In this document: positions 32,022 through 43,329 of the stretch, piece by piece
Layout of the letters: every line of letters starts with the position of its first letter
How positions within the stretch are numbered: position 1 is the stretch's first letter
Assembly: GCA_965226885.1 (NCBI GenBank)
Contig: CBDDEL010000017.1
Location: forward strand, 768,001 to 832,000
Direction of reading: 5' to 3'
DNA length: 64,000 bases
Source of the DNA: Opitutales bacterium
GTDB taxonomy: Bacteria > Verrucomicrobiota > Verrucomicrobiia > Opitutales > UBA2987
Program-made: the position numbers and the translations under genes
The notes under the pieces: model-generated
What the model saw: only the letters and a program-made list of their open reading frames with translations
What the model was told of the DNA's origin: nothing
Databases searched by the model: none

Positions 32022-33446
32022 TATGATAGAACTGTTAGAGCTATTTCTTGATTACTAATGAGAGGCTGTCCCAAAAATATAAAGATTTTATAGTCAAAGG
32101 GATGACGTTGATAAAAAGAGCCGGAAAGAGCATGTTTTTGCTCGATCCGGCCAAAAAAGGGTTCTATAGTGGCGTTAGCAATAACAAACCGAGCCCTTTC
32201 TATGAAAAATATAGCCATCCAATGCCTCCTGCGTCCAGCTTTAACTGTGGTCGACCGTTGCCTCGATTACGATAACTTCCGCGCCACCATTGAGCGAATC
32301 GATCGGCTGCTGATCGACTCGGAGGTGGAATCGCAGGCCATCGAGCTGGCCTTGGAGGGGTGGCAGCCAATGGGTCTAAAGGGCCGGCAGCAGCGGGCCA
32401 GTTTTGCCCTCAAGGCGTTGCGTATGGAAACGCTGCGTTATCTGCTCGGTGGGATTTCGTTTCGGCATTTGTCGAGGGCTCTGGGCAGCAGCGATCTGTT
32501 GGCTGACTTTTGTCGTGTCCGCCATATCGACGGCATAAGGGGCATCTCCAAGAGCACCCTGGAACGGGCCTCGAAGTTTTTCAGCGAAGAGCAGTTGAGG
32601 GCCTTGCACCGGACCTTGACTGAGGTTGTGGGCGATGCCTTTTTGGCCCGGAAGGTGGGATTGGACAAGCCGATAGAGACCACCATTTGCCTGATCGACG
32701 GCACCTGTTTGGAGGCCAACATTCATTGGCCGACGGACTGGGTGCTGCTCAAGGATGTAGCGGGCACGCTGCTCAAAGCGATCCGGCTGATCCGCCAGAA
32801 GGCGGGTTTGCGCCATCGCATGGCGGTCGAACCGGAGCAATCGGCTCGGCAGATAAATCGGTTGTGTATGCAGATGACCCACAGCCGGCAGCGAAAGGAC
32901 AGTGCGCGGCAGCGCAAGGGTATCTTGAGGCAGATGAAAAAGCTCCTCAAACGGATCGGGGAGCATGCCCGCAGGCACCGGGAATTATTGCAAGCCTGCT
33001 GGGAGCAAAGCGATTATAGCAAAAAACAGGTCCAACAGATCCTTGCCCGGATGGAGCGTATGAGCGAGCTAATCCCGGTGGTCATCAAACAAGCGCACGA
33101 GCGAATCATCGGAGGCCGCCAGGTGAAAAACGCCGAGAAAGTCTTGAGTGTTTACGAACCCGATGTGCAAGTGATTGTGCGAGGCAAAGCGGGCCAAGAG
33201 GTAGAGTTCGGCAACACTCTCTTTTTGTGTGAAAGCGTTGAAGGATACCTGCTGGACTGGAAACTCTACGGCAGCCGAACCCCAAGCGAAAATGAACAAA
33301 TGCAAGAGAGTTTGCAAAGACAGAACCGCTTTGCCGTGGCAGAGTCCATAGCGGCCATGTGCGCGGACCGAGGATTTGCCTCCCAGCGGGTCAGCCTCCA
33401 GTTAGCCCAGGAAGGCATCTACGATGCGCTCTGTCCACGCGATCCG

Positions 33447-34248
33447 GGTAGTGTATAAAAAAAGAATATTATTTTGTATTTTTAGCTGTACAAATAGCGT
33501 TAGGCAGTTTATTCTTAGTGCATGGTTACTAAAATTATTAATTGTCGGCACTGTGGAAGTGAAAATATCATTAAATTTGGCAAGACGCCCAACCATAAAC
33601 AGCGCTACCGCTGCCATGATTGTGGTAAACAAAGCCGCGAAAACCCCACAGTGAAATACACCGAAGAGCAAAAAGAAATGATCCTTCGAGTCTATCAGGA
33701 ACGCAGCAGTCTACGCGGTTTACAGCGCGCCTTCGGGGTGAGTCCCAACACCGTTTTGAGTTGGTTAAAAAAAACGACAATCGCTGCGATCGCTCAAAAG
33801 CACGATTCTTGCGGCCCGCCGTCATGATGTCATTGAACTGGACGAACTGTGGTCTTTTGTGGGGCGCAAGAGCGATGCCCAATGGGTTTGGATCGCTCTT
33901 TGCCGACGCACCCGTCAAATCCTCTCCTATGCCATTGGGCCTCGGGATTGGTATCGTTGCCGGGAACTTTACGAGCGCCTGCCACGGGCCTACAAAAGAT
34001 GTGCCACCTACAGCGACTTTTGGTCCACTTATGATGAAGTCTTTCCTCATAACCGATCCGTGGAAAAAGAAACCGGTGAAACGGCCCATGTGGAACGATG
34101 GAACAATACCCTGCGCCAACGACTGGGTCGTTTCACACGCAAAACCCTCTCCTTTTTCAAGCTTAAGAGTATGCATGAAACCTGTCTGAGACTTTTCATT
34201 CATCAATATAATCAAGAATTAGCCACCATTCCTACTTAATACACTACC
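33447..34248 (+). mobile_element. IS1-family element
   Basis: 802 bp, TSD GCGATCCG. Confidence 0.93.
33522..34239 (+). CDS. IS1 transposase InsA/InsB (frameshifted)
   Basis: Near-identical to the other IS1 copies. Confidence 0.86.
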
Positions 34249-34859
34249 GCGATCCGAAGCAGTTGAAAAAACGGAGGGAGGAATCACTGTTCAGGTAATT
34301 GCAAAAGCGCCGGGCCAGCACCGAAGGGCGGATCGGGGTATTGAAGAATCGCTGGCATGCAGGGCGATTGCGCAGCAAAGGCTATGAGAACCGCTCGATC
34401 AACGTAGCCTGGTCGGTACTCTCGCACAACCTATGGAAAGTAGCCAAGATGCTGGCCCAGCAAGATGGGCAAAAAACCAAAGCGGCGGCCTAGAGAGCGG
34501 AAAAGCAAGGACAATACTTTTTCACAGGCGTACTGTCGGAGGCGTACTGTCGGCACATACAAAGAAAACCAGGTAACCGGACCTCAAAACCAGTACCCTA
34601 ACGTCATTGAAGAGCAAGGTCGCCCCATCCCAAATGGAAATACCACTAAAATAAACGCTCTTCAAAATCCCCTCGCAAAAATCACCCTTTTGGGACAGCC
34701 TCTAATGTAAATGTTCTGCCCAGGGGCATCATTACTTTGTATTATATTCAAAATGGTTCTTTATGTCTATGTGTCTATGTGTCGAATCAATTATCGAGTT
34801 TATGTTAATAAAGAGAACCCAAAGCCACTAACTCAGATTGCCTAATAGACAGATAGACG

Positions 34860-36314
34860 CTAAACAGGATTAGGCATTGAATAGACCCGGAAAACACGTC
34901 CCTTTTTCGGCTTTCTCATTTCTGACTTCAGGTCGTGTTCTTTCACCATCCGCTCAAGGATTTCGTGGGCCTCAGCTGCGGTTGAAGTAATGCCAAGCCT
35001 TTGAACCTCCCTCGCAGTAATGTCTTTTTCTCCATCTTTTCGAAATATCGCTCTTAATATTCTACTTCTCTTGGTTTTTTTGGTCTGATGTCCAACCGCT
35101 TCCATTATATCAATTTGCTCTTTATTAAACCATTTAACAAGCTCAATAGCTGCACTTGCGGTTTCCACTGAAAGCGGTACTTGGTGGGCGCAACCACCAT
35201 TCTCAGCGGCGTGGAGTACTACTGCGATTCGCCACGCCTGCTCCGCCCAACGGGCTATAAAACTTTCAAAAAGGTTATATTTTTCGTTCCGAATATCGAC
35301 AGTTAGGTTGAAGAAGTCAACAAGCTTCCGGGAGGCTTCTGACTCTGTTTGAATAGTGAAAGTAGCATTTGCAAACCGGTAGGTCCTCAGAAGATCAAAG
35401 ACAAGGTCGCGGTAAGCCAGCTTCACATCAGACGGGATGGACATTGATTCGTGTCCGGTGATTTTTGTGGCCTGGGCCCGCGAATCGGCAATGAGAAATC
35501 TCGGCATTAGCCCGCTGGCGATCAGGCCATTCTTCGTAAACATCAAGTTCATCATATCGGGTTGCAATAACCAGAGTACTGATAGACAAGGAGATTGAAG
35601 ATAAATCGGATTGCGTCCAAGCCGATTCACGCGAAGTGGATCACCGCTAAAAGCTTTCAAATATATGGCTTCATCAGTTTCTTCGTTGCTTCTCCGGTAT
35701 CGACCGCAAATGTTTTTGATGATATCTCGCGAATCAGAAGAAAAACTCGCTAATGTTTCTTTGTTAGCAGCAAGCAAAACGCCGAGGGACTCGGAAAGAA
35801 TATCTTCGACCGCGAGTACCGGTGCACACATGACTTTTTCCAATGCGTTGAATTCCGCGATATCTTTTTGAAGCTCTTCAAACTCCTTGCCTTTCGGTGT
35901 ATCCTTCGCGCGGTTCAGCGTCATTTTTTTTCGATGAATGCTGATTTCGAGCTCTATTTTCCGAGCCTGCATTTTTGGTAATTCTTTGGTTTTCCATTTT
36001 TCAATTATCGATTGCTCAAATTGATAAAACGGCTCCAGTGCTTCCCGAAGTACTTCTGATTTACCAACCCCTGATTTCGCAGAACTTGCGAGAAATAAAT
36101 TTCCTCGTGTGACGCGTCCGGATGCGGATTGTATTTGCAATTCGCTTCCAAGGGAAGCACTTGCAACGCCCAAAACACAGACCCCAGGCAATGCCCTTGG
36201 AACTCTTTTGCTTTTGGCAATCGCAATGGCCATGTCCCTCAAAACTGGTGGTAGAGAGTGGATCGGGAATGGATTTGAATCTGGATTCATTTTTCCTAAC
36301 ATTGATTTCTTCAT
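34860..36314 (-). CDS. DUF3987/YfjI-family P-loop protein, associated with mobile-element replication
   Basis: FPIHSLPPVL, NLF...AKSGVGKS, YLKAFSGD..RVNR, ASGLMPRFL, AWRIAVVLH. Confidence 0.82.
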   Translation of the reverse strand: MKKSMLGKMNPDSNPFPIHSLPPVLRDMAIAIAKSKRVPRALPGVCVLGVASASLGSELQIQSASGRVTRGNLFLASSAKSGVGKSEVLREALEPFYQFEQSIIEKWKTKELPKMQARKIELEISIHRKKMTLNRAKDTPKGKEFEELQKDIAEFNALEKVMCAPVLAVEDILSESLGVLLAANKETLASFSSDSRDIIKNICGRYRRSNEETDEAIYLKAFSGDPLRVNRLGRNPIYLQSPCLSVLWLLQPDMMNLMFTKNGLIASGLMPRFLIADSRAQATKITGHESMSIPSDVKLAYRDLVFDLLRTYRFANATFTIQTESEASRKLVDFFNLTVDIRNEKYNLFESFIARWAEQAWRIAVVLHAAENGGCAHQVPLSVETASAAIELVKWFNKEQIDIMEAVGHQTKKTKRSRILRAIFRKDGEKDITAREVQRLGITSTAAEAHEILERMVKEHDLKSEMRKPKKGRVFRVYSMPNPV

Positions 36315-36584
36315 AATTTATGGTGTGTTATTCAGTCTGATGAATGGGCCATTTCTGTACGGGTTAAAAGTTGCTCCTTCTTTGCTTTTGGGGTTTTCAT
36401 AGTATACTAAATACATCGGTCGAAATTTTTTTTTGATTTGGTAGTACACGCAGAAAAACCAGTAGGGTTAAAAAAAATCAGTCCACATCTGTAAGTCATT
36501 GTTTTAAAGCGGCTTGTCGATAATAGTAAGTTAACATACCACCCACGCGTTTCTTTGAGGATATGTCCCCGTCCCTGCTCAAGA

Positions 36585-37308
36585 TGTAAACGCCGGGGAA
36601 AAACCGGTAAGGTAAAGAGGGCGCTTTAAAACCGGTAGGCTCACCCTAGAAAGGAGGAGTGTATCGAGACATGAAGCAATGGACAAGTGTGCGGCACAAA
36701 GTGCTGCGGGACAAGCAGAGCAAGCGCTCTGTGATGCGAGAAGAGGGACTGCACTGGGAGACCCTGGGGAAGGAGACCCTGGGGAAAATGCTGGCCTAAT
36801 CACAGCCGCCGGGATACCGGCGCAAGATCGACCCGAATGTGGGCTGGATCGAGGAGGTGCTCAAAGCCGACCGGAACGTGCCCAGGAAGCAGCGCCACAC
36901 GGCCAAGCGAATCTACTCCAGCGCTTGGCTCAAGAGAAGGGCTACCAAGGGGGCTACACGGCGGTCAAGGAGGTGGTGGCCGAATTGCGAGCGAGGCGGC
37001 GGGAAGTGTTTGTGCCGCTGGAGCACCGCCCCGGGCAGGGGCAGGTGGACTTCGGTCATGCCCTGGTAAAGGAGGCGGGGCAATTGCGCATGCGGCCATT
37101 TTTTGCCATGAGCCTGCCCTACAGCGATGCCTTCTTCGTGCAGGTTTTCCAACGGGAATGCACGGAGAGCTTCTGGGAGGGGCACCTGCGAGCTTTTGAG
37201 TTTTTCGGGACGGTGCCCCGGCGCATCAGCTACGACAACTCGAAGGTGGCGGTGGGCAAGATCATCGGTTCGCGCGAACGCAAGCTGACTGACGGGTTTT
37301 TGCAGTTA
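36585..37308 (+). mobile_element. istA: Truncated, degraded IS21-family element (istA pseudogene)
   Basis: TGTAAACGCC end with AAAACCGGTA repeats; RBS plus GTG at 36659; HTAKRI, FVPLEHRPGQGQVDFG, YDNSK; stop codon and frameshifts. Confidence 0.82.
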
Positions 37309-39132
37309 GAGGCTGTCCCAAAAATATAAAGATTTTGTAGTCAACTGGATGACGTTTATAAAAATAGCCGGAAAGAGCATTTTTTTGCTCGCTCCGGCTA
37401 AAAAAGGGTTCTATAATTGCGTTAGCGAAAATCAATATAGCCCTTTCTATGAAAAATATAGCCATCCAATGCCTCCTGCGTCCAGCTTTAACTGTGGTCG
37501 ACCGTTGCCTCGATTACGATAACTTTCGCGCCACCATCGAGCGTATCGACCGGCTGCTGATCGATTCGGAGGTGGAATCGCAGGGCGTTGATCTGGCCTT
37601 GGAAAGAGGCCAGCCAATGAGTGTAAAGGCCCGGCAAAAGCGGGCTAATTTTGCCCTCAAGGCGTTGCGTATGGAAACGCTGCGTTATCTGCTCGGTGGG
37701 ATTTCGTTTCGGCATTTGTCGAGGGCTCTGGGCAGCAGCGATCTGTTGGCTGACTTTTGTCGTGTCCGCCATATCGACGGCATAAGGGGCATCTCCAAGA
37801 GCACCCTGGAACGGGCCTCGAAGTTTTTCAGCGAAGAGCAGTTGAGGGCCTTGCACCGGACCTTGACTGAGGTTGTGGGCGATGCCGATCTGGCCCGGCA
37901 GGTGGTGGGATTGGACAAGCCGATAGACACCACCATTTGCCTGATCGACGGCACCTGTTTGGAGGTCAACATTCATTGGCCGACGGACTGGGTGCTGCTC
38001 AAGGATGTAGCGGGCACGCTGCTCAAAGCGATCCGGCTGATCCGTGAGAAGGCCGGTTTGCGCCATCGCATGCCGATCGAACCGGAGCCCTTGGCTCGGC
38101 AGATGAATCGGCTGTGCATACAGATGACCCACAGCCGGCGGCGAAAGGACAGCGCGCGGCAACGCAAGGGTATCTTGAGGCAGATGAAAAAGCTGCTCAA
38201 ACGGATCGGGGAGCATGCCCGCAGTCACCGGGAATTATTGCAAGCCTGCTGGGAGCAAAGCGATTACAGCGAAAAACAGGTCCAACAGATCCTTACCCGG
38301 ATGGAGCGCATGAGCGAGCTAATCCCGGTGGTCATCAAGCAAGCGCACGAGCGAATCATTGGCGGCCGCCAGGTGAAAAACGCAGAGAAAGTTTTGAGTG
38401 TTTACGAACCCGATGCGCAGGTGATTGTGCGAGGCAAAGCGGGCCAAGAGGTTGAGTTTGGCAACACCCTGTTTTTGGGTGAAAGCGTTGAAGGATACCT
38501 GCTGGACTGGAAACTCTACGGCAGCCGGACGCCAAGCGAAAATGAACAAATGCAAGAGAGTTTGCAAAGACAGAACCGCTTCAACCTAGCCGAACCCATA
38601 GCGGCCATGTGCGCGGACCGGGGATTCGCCTCCCAGCGGGCCCGCCGGCAGTTAGCCCAGGAGGGCATCTACGATGCGCTCTGTCCACGCGATCCGAAGC
38701 AGTTGAAAAAACGGATGGAGGAACCACACTTCAGGCAATTGCAAAAGCGCCGGGCCAGCACCGAAGGGCGGATCGGGGTATTGAAGAATCGCTGGCAGGC
38801 CGGGCGATTGCGCAGCAAAGGCTTTGCCAACCGCTCGATCAGCGTAGCCTGGTCGGTCCTCTCGCACAATCTATGGAAAGTGGCCAAGATGCTGGCCCAG
38901 CAAGATGAACTAAAAACCAAAGCGGCGGCCTAAATAAAGAGCGGAAAAGCAAGGACAATACTTTTTCACAGGCCTACTGTCGGCCCATACAAAGAAAACC
39001 AGGCAAACGGACCCCAAAACCAGAATCCTAACGTCATAGGAGAGCAAAGTCACCCCCTCCCAAAAGAAAATACCACTAAAATGAACACTCTTCAAAATCC
39101 CCTCGCAAAAATCACCCTTTTGGGACAGCCTC
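37309..39132 (+). mobile_element. IS5-like/ISNCY element, copy 3 (1824 bp), flanks not duplicated
   Basis: TIRs; flanks GCAGTTA/TAAACTA. Confidence 0.93.
37449..38933 (+). CDS. DDE transposase, 494 aa, intact
   Basis: Motifs as in the other copies. Confidence 0.92.
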   Translation: MKNIAIQCLLRPALTVVDRCLDYDNFRATIERIDRLLIDSEVESQGVDLALERGQPMSVKARQKRANFALKALRMETLRYLLGGISFRHLSRALGSSDLLADFCRVRHIDGIRGISKSTLERASKFFSEEQLRALHRTLTEVVGDADLARQVVGLDKPIDTTICLIDGTCLEVNIHWPTDWVLLKDVAGTLLKAIRLIREKAGLRHRMPIEPEPLARQMNRLCIQMTHSRRRKDSARQRKGILRQMKKLLKRIGEHARSHRELLQACWEQSDYSEKQVQQILTRMERMSELIPVVIKQAHERIIGGRQVKNAEKVLSVYEPDAQVIVRGKAGQEVEFGNTLFLGESVEGYLLDWKLYGSRTPSENEQMQESLQRQNRFNLAEPIAAMCADRGFASQRARRQLAQEGIYDALCPRDPKQLKKRMEEPHFRQLQKRRASTEGRIGVLKNRWQAGRLRSKGFANRSISVAWSVLSHNLWKVAKMLAQQDELKTKAAA

Positions 39133-39157
39133 TAAACTATGGCCGAAGTGGCTCTCG

Positions 39158-39304
39158 CCCATGAAAAGGATCGGCATCAACGATTGTTTCGCCAGTAACG
39201 GTCCCTACGAAGATCTTATCGGCCTCTACGGCCTGCTCGGTTCGCAGATCGCCGAAACCGTGGAAGCCTTCTTGCAGAGTTCTGCCTGTGCCTTTTCGCC
39301 ATGA
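39158..39304 (+). pseudogene. 3' remnant of a transketolase C-terminal-domain gene
   Basis: PMKRIGINDCFASNGPYEDLIGLYGLLGSQIAETVEAFL. Confidence 0.6.
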
Positions 39305-39518
39305 ATCCCGAAAACAACTCTTTTTTCGATTTATCAATACGGCTAAACAATTATTGGTTGCTATTCTTCTGAACTTCTGAAAAATCAATTATTGGTTGCT
39401 ATTCTTCTGAAAAATCATATAGATATCTATATATGTAATGATTTAATGAAAATGGGATCTAGATGGTGACCGTTGACCAGTGGATCCTGCAAGTCTGAAT
39501 CACATCAATAGACCGGTC

Positions 39519-40634
39519 ATGAAAACAAGCAAATTAGAACCAACCGTAAAAACAAGCAAAGTAGCGATATTCCATGCCCAGAATCAACCCTTTACGATGG
39601 ATGAGGTTGAGGTGCCGGATCTTCGAGATGGTGAAATTCTGGTCAGAAACGAATACACGACTCTGTGCCGAAGCGATTTAAACACGTTTACGGGAAAGCG
39701 CACGGAGAAAACGCCTACGATTCTCGGGCATGAAATCGTTGGACGTATCGAAGAGTTTGGTCCGGGTGCCCGGACGACAGATTGCCGGGGCGGAACATTG
39801 CGAGTAGGCGATCGGGTTACGTGGGGGATTTATGCTTCCAACCCGGACAGCTACCTATCGCAGATCGGCATTCCGCAGAAAGGGGATGGGCTGTTCAAAT
39901 ACGGGCATGAGGAAATCAGGAAGGACAATCATCTCCACGGCGGGCTCAGTGAATACTGCATTCTGCGTAAATACACTCCGGTCATCAAAATTGAAAAGCC
40001 TCTTCCGCTCCCCGTCATTGCGCTCATCAACTGTTCTGTCGCCACGGTTGCCGGAGCCCTTCGTCTGGCGGGCTCCGTTGAGGATCGGACAGTGCTTGTC
40101 AGCGGAGTGGGAATGCTGGGAATAATTGCCTGTGCCATGTGCAGGACAGGCAAAGCGAGGAAAATCATCGCATTGGACATCGACGTTGAGCGACTCGACA
40201 AAGCCCGCAAATTCGGCGTCGACGTCACTTTGAAAATGGAGGCGGAAGGGAGTTCCCTGAAGGAGCGGCTCGGGCCTATGGCGGAAGGAGAACAGATTCA
40301 GGCGGCCCTCGATTTCAGTGGAGTACCGGAAACGATGGAATCGTCCCTATCGCTCCTCGGCATTGGTGGAACCGCCGTATGGGTAGGAGCAACGTTTCCA
40401 CAGCGTGACCTGCATATCAACGCGGAAAAATTTGTACGCAATTTGCATACCATACGAGGCCTTCATAATTATAATGAAGAAGATCTGGTGACTGCGGTTG
40501 CCTTTATGGAAAAATATTACACAAACTTTCCTTTTGAAGGTCTCGTTCATGATGCATTTGACCTCGATACGATTAATGAATCTTTTAATTACGCGATTGC
40601 ATCAGGCGCTTACCGTGTGGGAGTTCGCATATAG
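39519..40634 (+). CDS. Zinc-binding alcohol dehydrogenase (phosphonate-catabolism-associated-like)
   Basis: TLCRSD, PTILGHE, LFKYGHE..LHGG, GVGMLG, IRGLHNY; start uncertain (39480 or 39519). Confidence 0.85.
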   Translation: MKTSKLEPTVKTSKVAIFHAQNQPFTMDEVEVPDLRDGEILVRNEYTTLCRSDLNTFTGKRTEKTPTILGHEIVGRIEEFGPGARTTDCRGGTLRVGDRVTWGIYASNPDSYLSQIGIPQKGDGLFKYGHEEIRKDNHLHGGLSEYCILRKYTPVIKIEKPLPLPVIALINCSVATVAGALRLAGSVEDRTVLVSGVGMLGIIACAMCRTGKARKIIALDIDVERLDKARKFGVDVTLKMEAEGSSLKERLGPMAEGEQIQAALDFSGVPETMESSLSLLGIGGTAVWVGATFPQRDLHINAEKFVRNLHTIRGLHNYNEEDLVTAVAFMEKYYTNFPFEGLVHDAFDLDTINESFNYAIASGAYRVGVRI

Positions 40635-40795
40635 AATTGCATTACCACTGCGGAGGATTTCTGCCAATGAACAGGAGGCGGACTATCGGGTTATCAAGAG
40701 ACTAATATCCGAACTCTGGCGGGATTACTTTTTGTTGGGTCTCCCCGTCTCGTCGATGATGCATTAAAGCTACGAATAAAGAATAAAAGGAATAC

Positions 40796-41597
40796 GGTAG
40801 TGTATAAAAAAAGAATGTTATTTTGTATTTTTAGCTGTACAAATAGCGTTAGGCAGTTTATTCTTAGTGCATGGTTACTAAAATTATTAATTGTCGGCAC
40901 TGTGGAAGTGAAAATATCATTAAATTTGGCAAGACGCCCAACCATAAACAGCGCTACCGCTGCCATGATTGTGGTAAACAAAGCCGCGAAAACCCCACAG
41001 TGAAATACACCGAAGAGCAAAAAGAAATGATCCTTCGAGTCTATCAGGAACGCAGCAGTCTACGCGGTTTACAGCGCGCCTTCGGGGTGAGTCCCAACAC
41101 CGTTTTGAGTTGGTTAAAAAAAACGACAATCGCTGCGATCGCTCAAAAGCACGATTCTTGCGGCCCGCCGTCATGATGTCATTGAACTGGACGAACTGTG
41201 GTCTTTTGTGGGGCGCAAGAGCGATGCCCAATGGGTTTGGATCGCTCTTTGCCGACGCACCCGTCAAATCCTCTCCTATGCCATTGGGCCTCGGGATTGG
41301 TATCGTTGCCGGGAACTTTACGAGCGCCTGCCACGGGCCTACAAAAGATGTGCCACCTACAGCGACTTTTGGTCCACTTATGATGAAGTCTTTCCTCATA
41401 ACCGATCCGTGGGAAAAGAAACCGGTGAAACGGCCCATGTGGAACGATGGAACAATACCCTGCGCCAACGACTGGGTCGTTTCACACGCAAAACCCTCTC
41501 CTTTTCCAAGCTTAAGAGTATGCATGAAACCTGTCTGAGACTTTTCATTCATCAATATAATCAAGAATTAGCCACCATTCCTACTTAATACACTACC
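40796..41597 (+). mobile_element. IS1-family element, no TSD
   Basis: 802 bp; flanks AGGAATAC/CCTTCAAG. Confidence 0.92.
40871..41588 (+). CDS. IS1 transposase InsA/InsB (frameshifted)
   Basis: Near-identical to the other IS1 copies. Confidence 0.86.
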
Positions 41598-42271
41598 CCT
41601 TCAAGAAAGAAGTTCATTTTTTCGATGGAGGATTAAACCCAAAAATAGACAACTTTGCAGAAGGACCAGCCTGGTATCGTGCTCACTTCCCGTTCAGTAA
41701 AAATGTGGGTGCTCATTCCAGGACGTTTGAAGCATCGTCTATCACTATTTTTAATCCACTCACACCGAGACGGATTTTCGATCTTGTCCCTGAAGTAAAG
41801 CTGATTGCGGTATTGAGAAATCCAACAGAACGGGCTATATCTCATTATTTCCATGAAAAGCGGAGAGGTCGCGAGTCGTTACCCATTATGGAAGCTCTAC
41901 AGAAAGAGGAAATACGATTGGAGCCTGTAATTGAAAATAAAGACTATAAGAGCGACCATTTCATACATCACTCATACAAGAGCCGTGGCCTCTACAGGCA
42001 ACAGATAGAAAGGTTTCTCAAATACTTTCCTTGGAAGCAAATTCTCGTCCTAAGCAGTGAGGAGTTATTTTGTGAACCAGACAAGACACTTAAACAGGTA
42101 TTTGAATTTGTTGGAGTAGATACAGGATTCAAGGCCAAAGATTTGAGACCCCGCAATGTTGCAAACAACAGAAGCGAAGTCGATCCTAAAGTCTATAAGT
42201 ATCTAGACAATTATTTTTTGTCTCATAATCAGGCCCTCTACGAACTAGTAGGAAAATATTTTGAGTGGTAA
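41598..42271 (+). pseudogene. 5'-truncated sulfotransferase
   Basis: Begins FKKEVHFFDG..WYRAHFP; LRNPTERAISHY present; KxGTT PAPS loop absent. Confidence 0.82.
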
Positions 42272-42315
42272 AAATGCTTACAACAAGGGATATAAATGAC
42301 AGAAAATAAGGAATT

Positions 42316-43329
42316 ATGTCAATTTTCATAGATTCTTCGTTTGAACCCGGTTTGGTTAGTGTAATTATACCGACCTACAATAGGGCTCATTTCTTAAAGG
42401 AGTGTATCCAATCGGTATTTGAACAAACATACCGGAAATTTGAGATAATTATCATTGATGATGGATCAACGGATAATACTGAAGAAGTGGTCAACACTAT
42501 TAAATCTAAGTATGCTAATCAAAATTTAAAATATTATTATACTAAAAATGAAGGTGCTCCTTCAGCCCGCAATAAGGGTCTAACCCAATCTAGCGGAGAA
42601 TATATTCAATACCTTGATTCAGATGATTTGCTCTTGCCGAGTAAAATCCAGTCACAGGTTGATTTTTTAAGTAATAATCCAGATTCAGAAGCTGTTTACA
42701 GTTATTCCCGCAGTTTTAATGATGACAACCGAAAACGCCTTGGCGCGCGAATATATCATGATCCAAAAGATAAACTTGAATTTGCATTAAGACCTTGGGT
42801 GATTCTATTTCACACAGAATCCCCGTTATGGAGGCGATCAGCTACAATTCTAATTGGACCATGGGATGAAAATATTACTCATGGTCAAGATTTTGAATAT
42901 TTGATTCGTTTCCTGGTTACCGGAAATAAATTGGGTTGTACTCGAAAATTGCATTCTCATTATCGAATACATGCATCTCGAATGTCGGTCGGTGCTACGG
43001 GGAAAAGAGATCTAGAAAGCTGCACATACTTAAGTCATAAATTATTTTCATTTTTTTCTTCATATAAAAATGGTTCTTATCTTACAGCGCTTTCAGAGAG
43101 AATTTGGCGTGAATGGACTAAATTAATTAATTTTGGTTTTAAAAAGGAAGGAGATATTTTACTGCAATTATTAAAAGATATTGAATCGAAAGGGGAATTG
43201 TCACGTTTTGTGAAACTAGCCATTCAGGATACGAATAATCCAAACTTAAAAAGATCCTTATTTTTTATGCGCCATTATAGATATTGGAGAATAATTAATC
43301 GTTTAAGAGGAATCCGTTTTACTAATTAA
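42316..43329 (+). CDS. Glycosyltransferase family 2
   Basis: VSVIIPTYNR, IIDDGSTD, ARNKG, YLDSDD, QDFEY. Confidence 0.92.
   Translation: MSIFIDSSFEPGLVSVIIPTYNRAHFLKECIQSVFEQTYRKFEIIIIDDGSTDNTEEVVNTIKSKYANQNLKYYYTKNEGAPSARNKGLTQSSGEYIQYLDSDDLLLPSKIQSQVDFLSNNPDSEAVYSYSRSFNDDNRKRLGARIYHDPKDKLEFALRPWVILFHTESPLWRRSATILIGPWDENITHGQDFEYLIRFLVTGNKLGCTRKLHSHYRIHASRMSVGATGKRDLESCTYLSHKLFSFFSSYKNGSYLTALSERIWREWTKLINFGFKKEGDILLQLLKDIESKGELSRFVKLAIQDTNNPNLKRSLFFMRHYRYWRIINRLRGIRFTN

Larger units (their letters stand above)
30202..32051 (+). pseudogene. 3' part of a P-loop ATPase (Sll1717-like) fused to a PD-(D/E)XK restriction-endonuclease domain; three MITEs and a frameshift
   Basis: Restored ...LLFNIGFLG...FVIHPSYYDALNL...YEELIGEII...RDWIASNR..FW..QIVWECKNY...FGIIVFR...DRTVRAIS*. 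Confidence 0.7.
32202..34493 (+). pseudogene. Inactivated DDE transposase
   Basis: Split by IS1; also an in-frame TAA (TTC AGG TAA) near 34296. Confidence 0.88.
32062..34702 (+). mobile_element. Divergent variant of the IS5-like/ISNCY element, with nested IS1
   Basis: Same TIRs, many substitutions; flanks TAATGA/TAATGTA. Confidence 0.9.

Noticed and set aside
36512..36540. Xer dif site
   Set aside because: The XerD-like half (GTTAACATA) is in the wrong orientation relative to the XerC-like half
39133..39139. Inversion partner of the MITE at 3450 (TAAACTA is the reverse complement of TAGTTTA)
   Set aside because: That MITE has both duplications intact and the sequence beyond 7 bp does not match; expected by chance from the shared target consensus
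4630..41598. Single inversion splitting one polysaccharide locus into the two sulfotransferase clusters
   Set aside because: No matching breakpoints or swapped TSDs found in the window
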